A program made the position numbers and the translations under genes. The notes below the pieces were generated by a model. That model saw only the letters and a list, made by a program, of their open reading frames with translations. It searched no databases and was not told the origin of the DNA. Positions 1-8,284 of a stretch of 64,000 nucleotides of DNA are shown piece by piece; within the stretch, counting starts at the first letter, position 1, and each line of letters opens with the position of its first letter. The DNA is from Candidatus Poribacteria bacterium (GTDB lineage: Bacteria > Poribacteria > WGA-4E > WGA-3G): positions 3,872,001 through 3,936,000 of the forward strand of contig OZ243938.1 of assembly GCA_965214095.1 (NCBI GenBank), in the 5' to 3' direction.

Positions 1-778
1 ACTTCCCTTTAAACCAGTCCTTCAAATAATCACTATCCCGATACTTTCTTAAAATAAATTGAAAGTTATACATCCCAAGATTATTCCATTGTGGATTAGC
101 ATCTACAAATTCCCTATACTGTTCATTTGTCACAGGATATTTATCTATGTAGAATCCATCAACATATACTGCATGTGCAGGTTTTTCGTTTGCATGTGAA
201 TCATATTCGTCACTCCCCATTTGGAATTCGCCAGCCGGTATAAAGACCATCCCATCATTTTCTAAAGGTACAGAACTAACATCACTTTTGGGTGTATTGG
301 TAGCAGACTCTTCATGTGCTAATTCTTCTGCATCTAAAACTATTTCCTGTGTTGGTGATACACTGTTTTCAAGCCTGTTGATATACGCATTACGTTTTTC
401 AACATCCATTAGAATATCACGCGCTTGATTCAGAAGTGTTCTCCACTGCTCTTCACTTTGACCATCAGCACGAGGACGACCACCTGCTTTCAACGATTCA
501 GCATATAATTTTTTATGTGCTGCTTCTACACGAGAGATAATATCAACTTCCGATCGGTCATCAAACTCAGAGATTGTTAAACCCAACACCTCAAAATAAT
601 CAACTTGTTCACCGATAACCAACCCAGATTCGTTCAGTATATCAACCGCCTCATTAACTGAAACGTTATACTGTTGAACCGCTCTACGGAGAAGTTCTTT
701 TCGTTGTCCATCAGAAATTGTAGGAAAAATTGATCTTATCTCATTTATGAATGAAATATACTCATCTCGTTTAGACAT
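1..778 (-). CDS. J-like domain + FGE-sulfatase (SUMF1/CLec-like) protein, 3' end runs off window; paralog of 791..2053
   Basis: Not in the ORF track. Manual translation from ATG at 778 gives MSKRDEYISFINEIRS...VDYFEVLGL...LYAESLKAGGRPRADGQSEEQWRTLLNQARDIL...MVFIPAGEFQMGS...FYIDKYPVTNEQY, collinear with the neighbouring gene. Confidence 0.85.
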   Translation of the reverse strand, partial: MSKRDEYISFINEIRSIFPTISDGQRKELLRRAVQQYNVSVNEAVDILNESGLVIGEQVDYFEVLGLTISEFDDRSEVDIISRVEAAHKKLYAESLKAGGRPRADGQSEEQWRTLLNQARDILMDVEKRNAYINRLENSVSPTQEIVLDAEELAHEESATNTPKSDVSSVPLENDGMVFIPAGEFQMGSDEYDSHANEKPAHAVYVDGFYIDKYPVTNEQYREFVDANPQWNNLGMYNFQFILRKYRDSDYLKDWFKGK

Positions 779-790
779 TTTATGCTCATT

Positions 791-2053
791 TTAGGAATTG
801 GTAGTATTTGATTGGATTCCAGCAGGGTGTCTCTCTGCACCGTGTCCAGATAGCACAGACCAAACACAACGAAATCCTATTACATTCAGCGAAAAGGAAG
901 GTGACTCTGCATTACGATTCGCAATTCTTACTAAAGATGCAGGTATCCGCCAAGAACCACCACGCAGGACGCGGTTTGTTTCAACATCTAAAAAATGGTT
1001 CTCAACCCACTCAATCGAATTCGCACCAACGATCGGGTTGCGAGGCGATGACCCCATAGCGAAACCATCATGATACGCATCAAGACACCATTCCCATACA
1101 TTCCCACACATATCATATAAATCATACCTATTCGGAGGATATTGCCTAACAGGAGTAGTTTCACCGATGTTCCAGTCATAATTTGCCATTGATGGATCTG
1201 CATCATCACCCCACGTGTACTTATTCCCACTGACACCACCGCGTGCTGCTTTTTCCCATTCTGCCTCTGTAGGAAGTCGTTTGCCAATCCATTGAGCATA
1301 AGCCATCGCGGCATACCAACTCACATTGACAACTGGGTGTTCGGCTTGAGAATCACGAAAACTGTTCGCTTTCCAATGCTTTAGATAGTCAACATCACTA
1401 TATTCATGAGGAATGTTATGCCGGTTCCATTCTGGGTTTTCATCCACAAATGCCTTATACTGTGAGTTTGTCACAGGATATTTATCAATATAAAACGCAT
1501 CCAGATAAACGGAGTGGATAGGATGTTCATCACCATAAGCTTCGTCATCAGCACTGCCCATTTGGAATTCACCTGCAGGAATCAGTGCCATGTTGTCAAG
1601 TTTCGGAGTCCTCAACGTCTTCTCAATACTTACCGTCTCTTGTTGTATGCTTGACAGATGTCCCAATCTTCTTTTAGGGTCTATTAAAGAATCACGGGCT
1701 TGATTCAAGAGTGTCCGCCACTGCTCCTCTGTCTTGCCATCAGCACGGGGACGACCACCTGCTTTCAACGATTCAGCATATAACGTCCTATGTGCTGCTT
1801 CAACACGATGAACAATCTCTACTTCGCTGAGGTTTTCAAGTTCTGAGATTGACAAACCCAATACCTGAAAATAATCAACCTGCTCACCGACCTGTATTCC
1901 TGATGAATTGAGGATGTCTATGGCTTCATCAACAGTGAGTCCATATTCCTGAACACCTAACCGAACAAAACCTTTACGTTGTTCATCTGTTATTGTCGGT
2001 GAAGCTGTTCTGAGCGCGCTGATAAACGTAATATATTCTTCGCGCTTGGACAT
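791..2053 (-). CDS. N-terminal J-like domain fused to FGE-sulfatase/SUMF1-family domain
   Basis: FGE-family motifs IPAGEFQMG, PVTNSQY, PVVNVSW, RLPTEAEWEKAARGG, DMCGNVWEW, RGGSW, GFRCV. The N-terminal DYFQVLGL...LNQARDSLIDPKRR resembles J-domain helices. Confidence 0.85.
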   Translation of the reverse strand: MSKREEYITFISALRTASPTITDEQRKGFVRLGVQEYGLTVDEAIDILNSSGIQVGEQVDYFQVLGLSISELENLSEVEIVHRVEAAHRTLYAESLKAGGRPRADGKTEEQWRTLLNQARDSLIDPKRRLGHLSSIQQETVSIEKTLRTPKLDNMALIPAGEFQMGSADDEAYGDEHPIHSVYLDAFYIDKYPVTNSQYKAFVDENPEWNRHNIPHEYSDVDYLKHWKANSFRDSQAEHPVVNVSWYAAMAYAQWIGKRLPTEAEWEKAARGGVSGNKYTWGDDADPSMANYDWNIGETTPVRQYPPNRYDLYDMCGNVWEWCLDAYHDGFAMGSSPRNPIVGANSIEWVENHFLDVETNRVLRGGSWRIPASLVRIANRNAESPSFSLNVIGFRCVWSVLSGHGAERHPAGIQSNTTNS

Positions 2054-2154
2054 AAATTCATTTCCTATGCAAAAATACTTCGGACGAAGTTAGGAGATAC
2101 TATACCATTTCTGAAAAATGGTATATCAGACACAAATACATTGTTGGCAAAACA

Positions 2155-3750
2155 CTATTCAACAACAAGATCCTGAAGTTCTGTTTTAGCCTGTGCAACC
2201 TCATCTTCATTGAGCGTAGGTCGTTCAATAATAGAGAAAAGATCGTAAACAGCAGTCGCCTCATCATTTGAGAGAGATTTAGCGGTCACCTCAAGATTCT
2301 GGTCTAAGTTGTATTTATAGTTCACCTCAATCGGTGCCCCTTGTGGCAAACCGAGGGGTAGTTCCAGTGTACATTCACCCAATTTGTATTCATCAAACAG
2401 ATCAATATCATCCTTACGTTGGTCCTGCTCAAGTCCTTGCACCACTTCAATTAACACGGATGGTTGATTGTGGTCCACCGTCAAGAACTTATCCGCTACT
2501 TCACACGGAATTGCTGTCATTTTCGGTATCATCACATGAATAACATACTCACGCAGTGCATTAAGAACAATAAGACCAAGATTATGTGTTGCACCATCAG
2601 TAACCGTTACTTTCGGAACACCATCAGGACCGATGAAACGGTCTATAACTGCCTCGGGCATATCTACCGTCTCTGTATCTCCCTCCGTAATCTGACGGAG
2701 AGTCCCCTGAATCGCTGCACCGAGAGCCACGACTTCATCAGGATTGACTTCATGCGGATTGATCTCTTTCCCACTAAGTGTAGCTATCATCTCTTGTATC
2801 ATCGGCATCCGTGTTGAACCACCTACCAATAGGATTTTATCAATATCTTCCCACGACATATCTGCTTCAGAAAGGACAACATTGCACAGCACACGACATT
2901 TTTCAAGCAAGTCCGAGGTGAGTTGTTCAAACTTCTCACGTGTCAACTCAACACGTGTTGTTTTGCCATTGTAACCACATACGATCAATGCTCTCTGTCT
3001 TAACGACAAAGATTCTTTCGCAGTAATCGCATCCAATTGAAGGTCTTGATATGAGTGAAGGTCAACTAATGGATTCTCACCGTGTTCTATCTCAAACATC
3101 TCTGCGACATGCATGATGATTTTATCGTCCCAATCTTTTCCACCCAAACGATGGTCACCATTTGTCGCAAGCATCTGTATCTCCGACTCAGATACACTCA
3201 TGATCGTCACATCAAACGTGCCACCGCCAAGGTCAAACACAAATACATTCTGATTGCTTCCCAATTGGTCCATCCCATAAGCAAGTGCAGCAGCAGTCGG
3301 TTCATTGAGTACCTGCAAGACATTCAATCCTGCAATTCTACCAGCGTTTCGTGTTGCTTCGCGTTCAGCATCGTGAAAATAAGCGGGGACAGTAACAACA
3401 GCATCCGTTATCTCTTCACCCAGATAAGTTTCCGCATCCTGCTTGAGTTTCGTGAGAATAACCGCAGAGAGTTCTTCGGGGGAATAGTCCTTCTCATCAA
3501 ACGTGCGAAAGAATTCCGACTTGGATTTACCCATCTCGCGCTTAATAAATTCAACAATCTGTTCTGGTACTGCCCGTGCATTTTGCTTCGCTATCTTCCC
3601 AACCGTTACAAGATTGTCTTCAAACATTACAACCGAAGGTGTAATACGTTCACTCTCTAAGTTCGGTATTATCTCCGCTTGTCCATGTTCATTCACATGT
3701 GCAATCACTGAAAATGTCGTCCCAAGGTCAATTCCAACGACTTTACCCAT
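2155..3750 (-). CDS. Hsp70/DnaK-family protein (specialised paralog, truncated lid)
   Basis: GIDLGTTFS, TPSVV, TVPAYF, NEPTAAALAYG, DLGGGTFD, GGSTRMP. Likely start MGKVVG at 3750, overlapping the grpE stop. About 530 aa. Confidence 0.92.
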   Translation of the reverse strand: MGKVVGIDLGTTFSVIAHVNEHGQAEIIPNLESERITPSVVMFEDNLVTVGKIAKQNARAVPEQIVEFIKREMGKSKSEFFRTFDEKDYSPEELSAVILTKLKQDAETYLGEEITDAVVTVPAYFHDAEREATRNAGRIAGLNVLQVLNEPTAAALAYGMDQLGSNQNVFVFDLGGGTFDVTIMSVSESEIQMLATNGDHRLGGKDWDDKIIMHVAEMFEIEHGENPLVDLHSYQDLQLDAITAKESLSLRQRALIVCGYNGKTTRVELTREKFEQLTSDLLEKCRVLCNVVLSEADMSWEDIDKILLVGGSTRMPMIQEMIATLSGKEINPHEVNPDEVVALGAAIQGTLRQITEGDTETVDMPEAVIDRFIGPDGVPKVTVTDGATHNLGLIVLNALREYVIHVMIPKMTAIPCEVADKFLTVDHNQPSVLIEVVQGLEQDQRKDDIDLFDEYKLGECTLELPLGLPQGAPIEVNYKYNLDQNLEVTAKSLSNDEATAVYDLFSIIERPTLNEDEVAQAKTELQDLVVE

Positions 3751-4444
3751 TCGTATTGTCCCCTTTCTCACCAGAAGTAGATTTACTTACAATTTCTTCA
3801 CTGTTTTCTGTTGAATCGGAATAACGATAAATTGTCACCTCTTCCGGACGAAATACCTTGTCACGCCAATTGAACCCTATTTTATGTACTTCAGCAATTG
3901 TCTTGTCCTGCTTAGGATCATCTGTTGATATTGTTTGGCGAGTCTTATGCAGTTGCCGATCAAGCGTCCTTGTGGACTCCGCATAAGGTGTTACATCCAA
4001 ACGGTACAATACCTCTTCCAATTTATATCGGAAATTCTCAAGATTGTTCCGATATTGTGTTAAACCATCAGAGATAACTCCATCTTCCGCCTCAAGTATG
4101 ACATCAAGTTGAGATTCAAGCAACAGATAACTGTCGTAAAGTTGAATCAGATTGTGGATAATCGGTTTGTGAAGTACTTCCAGAAGGAAACTCTCTTTAT
4201 AGTCCTTCATCTCCGCATAAATCTTGTCAAACATCTCTGTCTGATTCTGATTGCGAGCAATCTGCTTCTCAAATAATTCTTGTAACGCAGCCAAACTTTG
4301 TTGGATTACTGATAACTCACTATGAGACGACATTTCAGGATTGTCTTCTGATGGAAAGGTATCCACTGCTACATCAAATTCCATTTCAGCCTCATCACTG
4401 TTCTCTTCTAAATGTGCATCATTTTCATTTTTTTTCTTATCCAT
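3743..4444 (-). CDS. grpE: GrpE-family nucleotide exchange factor
   Basis: Coiled-coil N-terminus; C-terminal LHK...IAEVHKIGFNWRDKVFRPEEVTI resembles the GrpE beta domain; adjacent to Hsp70; GGGAGG RBS before ATG at 4444. Confidence 0.8.
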   Translation of the reverse strand: MDKKKNENDAHLEENSDEAEMEFDVAVDTFPSEDNPEMSSHSELSVIQQSLAALQELFEKQIARNQNQTEMFDKIYAEMKDYKESFLLEVLHKPIIHNLIQLYDSYLLLESQLDVILEAEDGVISDGLTQYRNNLENFRYKLEEVLYRLDVTPYAESTRTLDRQLHKTRQTISTDDPKQDKTIAEVHKIGFNWRDKVFRPEEVTIYRYSDSTENSEEIVSKSTSGEKGDNTNG

Positions 4445-4535
4445 ATTTTTCGCATACCTCCCCAATTATAGAGACACCTGAGACCCAAAAGGATAGCAAT
4501 AAATACCAGTGGACTGACAAAGATATTAATTATTT

Positions 4536-5816
4536 TTACCCCTTCTGCCACGGCACACTTCCCGCTCTCTGAGTCTCCTCCTGAAACAGATTTCTCATCT
4601 CATTATACATTTTTTTATCCGATTGAGAAATATCTGTTGTCTCTAAAGGATCGTTGGATAGGTCATAAAGTTCCAACGGTTCAAATGGACGGTTATGCAG
4701 CAACTTTATATCACCTCGACGAACTGCATGCTGACACTGACCACTAAACTGTTGTCCACCTTCCCTACGTATCCAATATAAGAGACGATCAGACAAATCC
4801 TGTTTTTCTCCCTGAAATGTTCCCCAAATCGAATGACCATCAATTTCATGTTGAACAGGCACATCTGCAACTTCACATAGTGTCGGTAACAAATCACTCA
4901 ACATAGCAACCTGATCCGACACATGTCCTTCCGGCATATTTTCTTGCCACATAGCACAAGTCGGTACGCGTATTCCCCCTTCATACATCTCACCTTTCTG
5001 ACCACGCAACGGACCGTTGTGTGCACCAACATTCATCTGTCCTCCATTATCCGACGAATAGATGACAAGTGTGTTTGACAACTGATTAGTCTCCTCAAGT
5101 GTGTCAAGCACTCGTCCGATACCGGCATCCATGTGTTCAACAAGGGCAACATACTTCGCACGTTGATCAGAAATATCTGGTTCACGTTTCTTCACGCGTT
5201 CTATCCAATCGTCTGGGGGTTGAATTGGTGTGTGCGGTGCATTGTACGCGAGATATAAGAAAAATGGATGGGAAGTATGTGCATGCGTTCGAATAAAATC
5301 AACACTCCAATCAGAAAACAGATCTGTCGCATGCCCTCTCGGATCAATAGTACCATAATCGTCCCGCATATAGTTGTTGTTATGCCGAAGGTGTGTATAA
5401 TAGTCATCCATCATATCACCAAGGAAACCATGAAAATGGTCAAACCCGCGTTTACAAGGATGGTTCTCATCTTCAAGACCCAAATGCCACTTCCCGATAA
5501 GTGCCGTACGATAGTCTTTCTGCTTCAACATTGAAGGTAACGTAATCGCATCCTGACGAAAGTAACCCCAATTGTTCTGTGCATGTGTGCGAACCACTCC
5601 CGGAACACCAACCCTATCGGGATAACGTCCTGTCATCAGCGAAGCACGACTCGGAGAACACACTGAACAATTCGCATAAAAATTCGTAAAACGCACACCT
5701 TCATTCGCAATTCTGTCTATATTCGGTGTTTGTATTGATGGTCCATCATGTGCAGAAATATCACCATAACCGTGATCATCTGCAAGAATCAGTAATATGT
5801 TCGGTTGTTTTGCCAT
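4536..5816 (-). CDS. Arylsulfatase-family sulfatase (Cys-type)
   Basis: PNILLILADDHGYGD, FGly motif CSPSRASLMTGR, GKWHLG, SDNGG, YEGGIRVP. Confidence 0.93.
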   Translation of the reverse strand: MAKQPNILLILADDHGYGDISAHDGPSIQTPNIDRIANEGVRFTNFYANCSVCSPSRASLMTGRYPDRVGVPGVVRTHAQNNWGYFRQDAITLPSMLKQKDYRTALIGKWHLGLEDENHPCKRGFDHFHGFLGDMMDDYYTHLRHNNNYMRDDYGTIDPRGHATDLFSDWSVDFIRTHAHTSHPFFLYLAYNAPHTPIQPPDDWIERVKKREPDISDQRAKYVALVEHMDAGIGRVLDTLEETNQLSNTLVIYSSDNGGQMNVGAHNGPLRGQKGEMYEGGIRVPTCAMWQENMPEGHVSDQVAMLSDLLPTLCEVADVPVQHEIDGHSIWGTFQGEKQDLSDRLLYWIRREGGQQFSGQCQHAVRRGDIKLLHNRPFEPLELYDLSNDPLETTDISQSDKKMYNEMRNLFQEETQRAGSVPWQKG

Positions 5817-5877
5817 AGTATTCTCCAAATATGTGATTTTTGTTCTGATTAGATTTAAAAATACGCTTTACAATAAC

Positions 5878-5980
5878 TATGGTAAATTATTGAATTAATT
5901 CTACACATTGCTGAGGCGAGGTTAGGAAACCTCGCCTACCGTTGATAGAAAGTGTAGATATAATTTTATGCTTCACCATA
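5878..5980. mobile_element. TIR-bounded miniature element with internal REP-like hairpin (copy A)
   Basis: Imperfect 29-bp TIRs (tatggtaaattattgaattaattctacac versus reverse complement tatggtgaagcataaaattatatctacac) around the hairpin aggcgaggtt-agga-aacctcgcct. Related copies at 13591, 15231, 27295, 43301 and 60686. Confidence 0.65.
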
Positions 5981-6035
5981 AAACGCGTTAGTAGTCGCGC
6001 AATGCATTGCATCTAGTGTTCTGTCTACTCTAATC

Positions 6036-6121
6036 TTGTAGGTCGGGTAGAGGCACGAAACCCGACATGCAGCCATTTATCATCAATAAAGTCGGGTTTC
6101 GTGCCTCTACCCGACCTACAA
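6036..6121. repeat. REPIN-like perfect 31-bp inverted repeat of GTAG-type REP units
   Basis: ttgtaggtcgggtagaggcacgaaacccgac (6036-6066) and its exact reverse complement (6091-6121). Confidence 0.85.
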
Positions 6122-6242
6122 TGTCCGAATGGACACTCCACTAGGACATCTCCTTGCATAAGAAAGATACGCTAATTCAAATCGTATTACTAAACCCTAC
6201 CCAACCTCCAATAAAATGGATTCCAAATCTTCTAAACCATAT

Positions 6243-7223
6243 CTAAGCATACGCAGCTTGAATCAACGCATTTATATATCCAAATTGATATGCCCACGCC
6301 TGCCGAACTCGTCCAGACACACCTTCAGGAGCAGTATCGTCAGGATGAGATGGTGCATGGTCTGGCATCAACATATACGGATAATCCACATCACGTAAGG
6401 TTTGTGCAACCTTATACATATCCACATCACCTTCGTCAGGCCACACCTCTTGGAAGTTGTGCAAACCACCCCGTATATTGCGGAAATGTATGTTGAATAT
6501 CTTTTTGCGTTCACCAAAATACGCAATAATCTCGTATAATTCAGAACCGGGATCCTCTAAACCCTCAGATACAACTCCGCAGCAGAAATTAAATCCGTGA
6601 TATGGACTTTCATTGATTTCAGCAAATCTTTTTAATCCATCAAATATCGGATAATTCCAACGTTCAACACCTCGTAAAATTGGCGCAGGTGGATCATTAG
6701 GATGACATGCCATCTGAACCTTGTTTTCTTCCGCAACAGGAATGACATGTTCAAGAAAGTATGCAATTCTGTCAAATGCCTCTTCCCGACTCACCTCACC
6801 TGCATCAGAAAGTGTATCGTTGTCATACTTAGAGAAATCAAATGTACTATACCTTGAACCACCACGTCCAAGCGTGCTTTCTGTCCGTTGATGATTCAGG
6901 ATACAGAAATTATAGTTCAGACCACGTAAACCTGCCTTCGCAGCATGCTCTATGGTCTCACACACGCCATCAAGGTCTCTATCTCGTTGTGGATCTTGAG
7001 CCAATGTAATACTTCTTGGTAGTCCAATATGAATCATCTCAAGACTCACACCCGCAGCTTCTGCTTCTGCTTTGTGTTGCATCAACGTCTCGGGTTGAGT
7101 GTTTCTGACTGAAGCATCCATGTGTGTAACACCATGCCGCACAAGAAACTCCAACTCTTTTGGAGATGTCCCTACACCCTGTACCCCTACATGCATCTTC
7201 CCATTGTTGTTTGTTGTTTCCAT
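6243..7223 (-). CDS. uxuA: Mannonate dehydratase (UxuA) family protein
   Basis: ACHPNDPP, FCCG, IHFRNIRG, DEGDVDM, MPDHAP motifs; AGGAGG RBS before ATG at 7223. Confidence 0.75.
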   Translation of the reverse strand: METTNNNGKMHVGVQGVGTSPKELEFLVRHGVTHMDASVRNTQPETLMQHKAEAEAAGVSLEMIHIGLPRSITLAQDPQRDRDLDGVCETIEHAAKAGLRGLNYNFCILNHQRTESTLGRGGSRYSTFDFSKYDNDTLSDAGEVSREEAFDRIAYFLEHVIPVAEENKVQMACHPNDPPAPILRGVERWNYPIFDGLKRFAEINESPYHGFNFCCGVVSEGLEDPGSELYEIIAYFGERKKIFNIHFRNIRGGLHNFQEVWPDEGDVDMYKVAQTLRDVDYPYMLMPDHAPSHPDDTAPEGVSGRVRQAWAYQFGYINALIQAAYA

Positions 7224-7260
7224 AACACAATCCTCCTTTTGGTATAGAATCCATTGACGA

Positions 7261-7289
7261 ATTGTATCATGTTCACAACTTATGGTCAA
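7261..7289 (-). promoter_or_regulatory. sigma70-type promoter of the uxuA-like gene
   Basis: TTGACC-17 bp-TACAAT with extended -10 TG on the minus strand. Confidence 0.65.
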
Positions 7290-7361
7290 TTCCTACAACA
7301 TGTACTCTTGTTAGACGGGTTTCCAACCCGATTTCTTTTTACACGTTACACAAAAACAACA

Positions 7362-7390
7362 TTGCCATAAATAACAATACATGCTAAATT
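7362..7390 (+). promoter_or_regulatory. sigma70-type promoter of the TPR gene
   Basis: TTGCCA-17 bp-TAAATT with extended TG. Confidence 0.5.
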
Positions 7391-7420
7391 GAAAATAGCA
7401 AACAGAAGAGACTTATCACT

Positions 7421-8272
7421 ATGAAAACTAAATTTACCACACTACTCTTTTTCGCAATATTTCTACCACATTTCTTCAATTCTACATCAATAGCATTGCA
7501 AGATCCGCTTACACTCGGTGATCACTTTATTAAATTAAACAATTACGATGCTGCGATCACAGAATATAAACGGTTCATTTTCTTTCATCCAGACGATATA
7601 CGCGTCTCAGAAACCTACAATCAGATCGGACTCGCATATCGTTCACAAGGCTTATGGCAAGAAGCAATATTCGCACTGAGAAATGCCGTCTTAAACGCAA
7701 ATACAGACGAGCATAAATCTGTATTTCAACTTAACCTCGCAGTTACACTCATCGCATCAGAAAACTATGACCTTGCCCGATTAGAATTGATCAAAGTGAT
7801 GCTACGAAACACAAGTGATACAACATACAAACGTTCACTATTTTTACAAGCAGTGACGTATATTTACCAGTATCGATGGGAGGATGCTCGTAAAATCCTT
7901 AAGGACTATACCACTGATGAATCGCTAAATCAACTCTTTGAGAAAGCGATGAATCTCACACAAAAGTCTACAAAAGTCGCCAAAGTGTTATCCGCAGTCA
8001 TACCGGGAACAGGTCAGATGTATGCAGGCAGCTGGGGAGGCGGGTTGAACGCACTTGGACTAAACGGGGTGCTTGGATACGTTACAGTAGATGCCGTCTT
8101 GAATGGTCATTACATAGATGCAGCGTTATGGACATACTTTATTTTTAGGAGATACTATATGGGAAATCTGTATAGATCAGGAACCGCAGTAGAAACATAT
8201 AATCAAGAACAATCCCAACGTGCCGCTGAAAACATCCTACAAAGTCTTCAGGAAATTGCCAACAAGAAGTGA
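7421..8272 (+). CDS. Exported tetratricopeptide-repeat protein with hydrophobic C-terminal region
   Basis: Signal-peptide-like N-terminus; TPR-like helices (YDAAITEYKR, IGLAYRSQGLWQEA); LSAVIPGTGQMYAG motif. Confidence 0.7.
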   Translation: MKTKFTTLLFFAIFLPHFFNSTSIALQDPLTLGDHFIKLNNYDAAITEYKRFIFFHPDDIRVSETYNQIGLAYRSQGLWQEAIFALRNAVLNANTDEHKSVFQLNLAVTLIASENYDLARLELIKVMLRNTSDTTYKRSLFLQAVTYIYQYRWEDARKILKDYTTDESLNQLFEKAMNLTQKSTKVAKVLSAVIPGTGQMYAGSWGGGLNALGLNGVLGYVTVDAVLNGHYIDAALWTYFIFRRYYMGNLYRSGTAVETYNQEQSQRAAENILQSLQEIANKK

Positions 8273-8284
8273 TGGCTCAATCTC

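Noticed and set aside
791-1000. Diversity-generating retroelement targeting the FGE/CLec C-terminus
   Set aside because: No reverse transcriptase and no template repeat in the window, and the paralog's C-terminus lies outside it.
2155-4535. Canonical heat-shock dnaK operon
   Set aside because: No hrcA, HPD-type dnaJ or CIRCE element; the Hsp70 lacks the DVLLLD linker and most of the lid.
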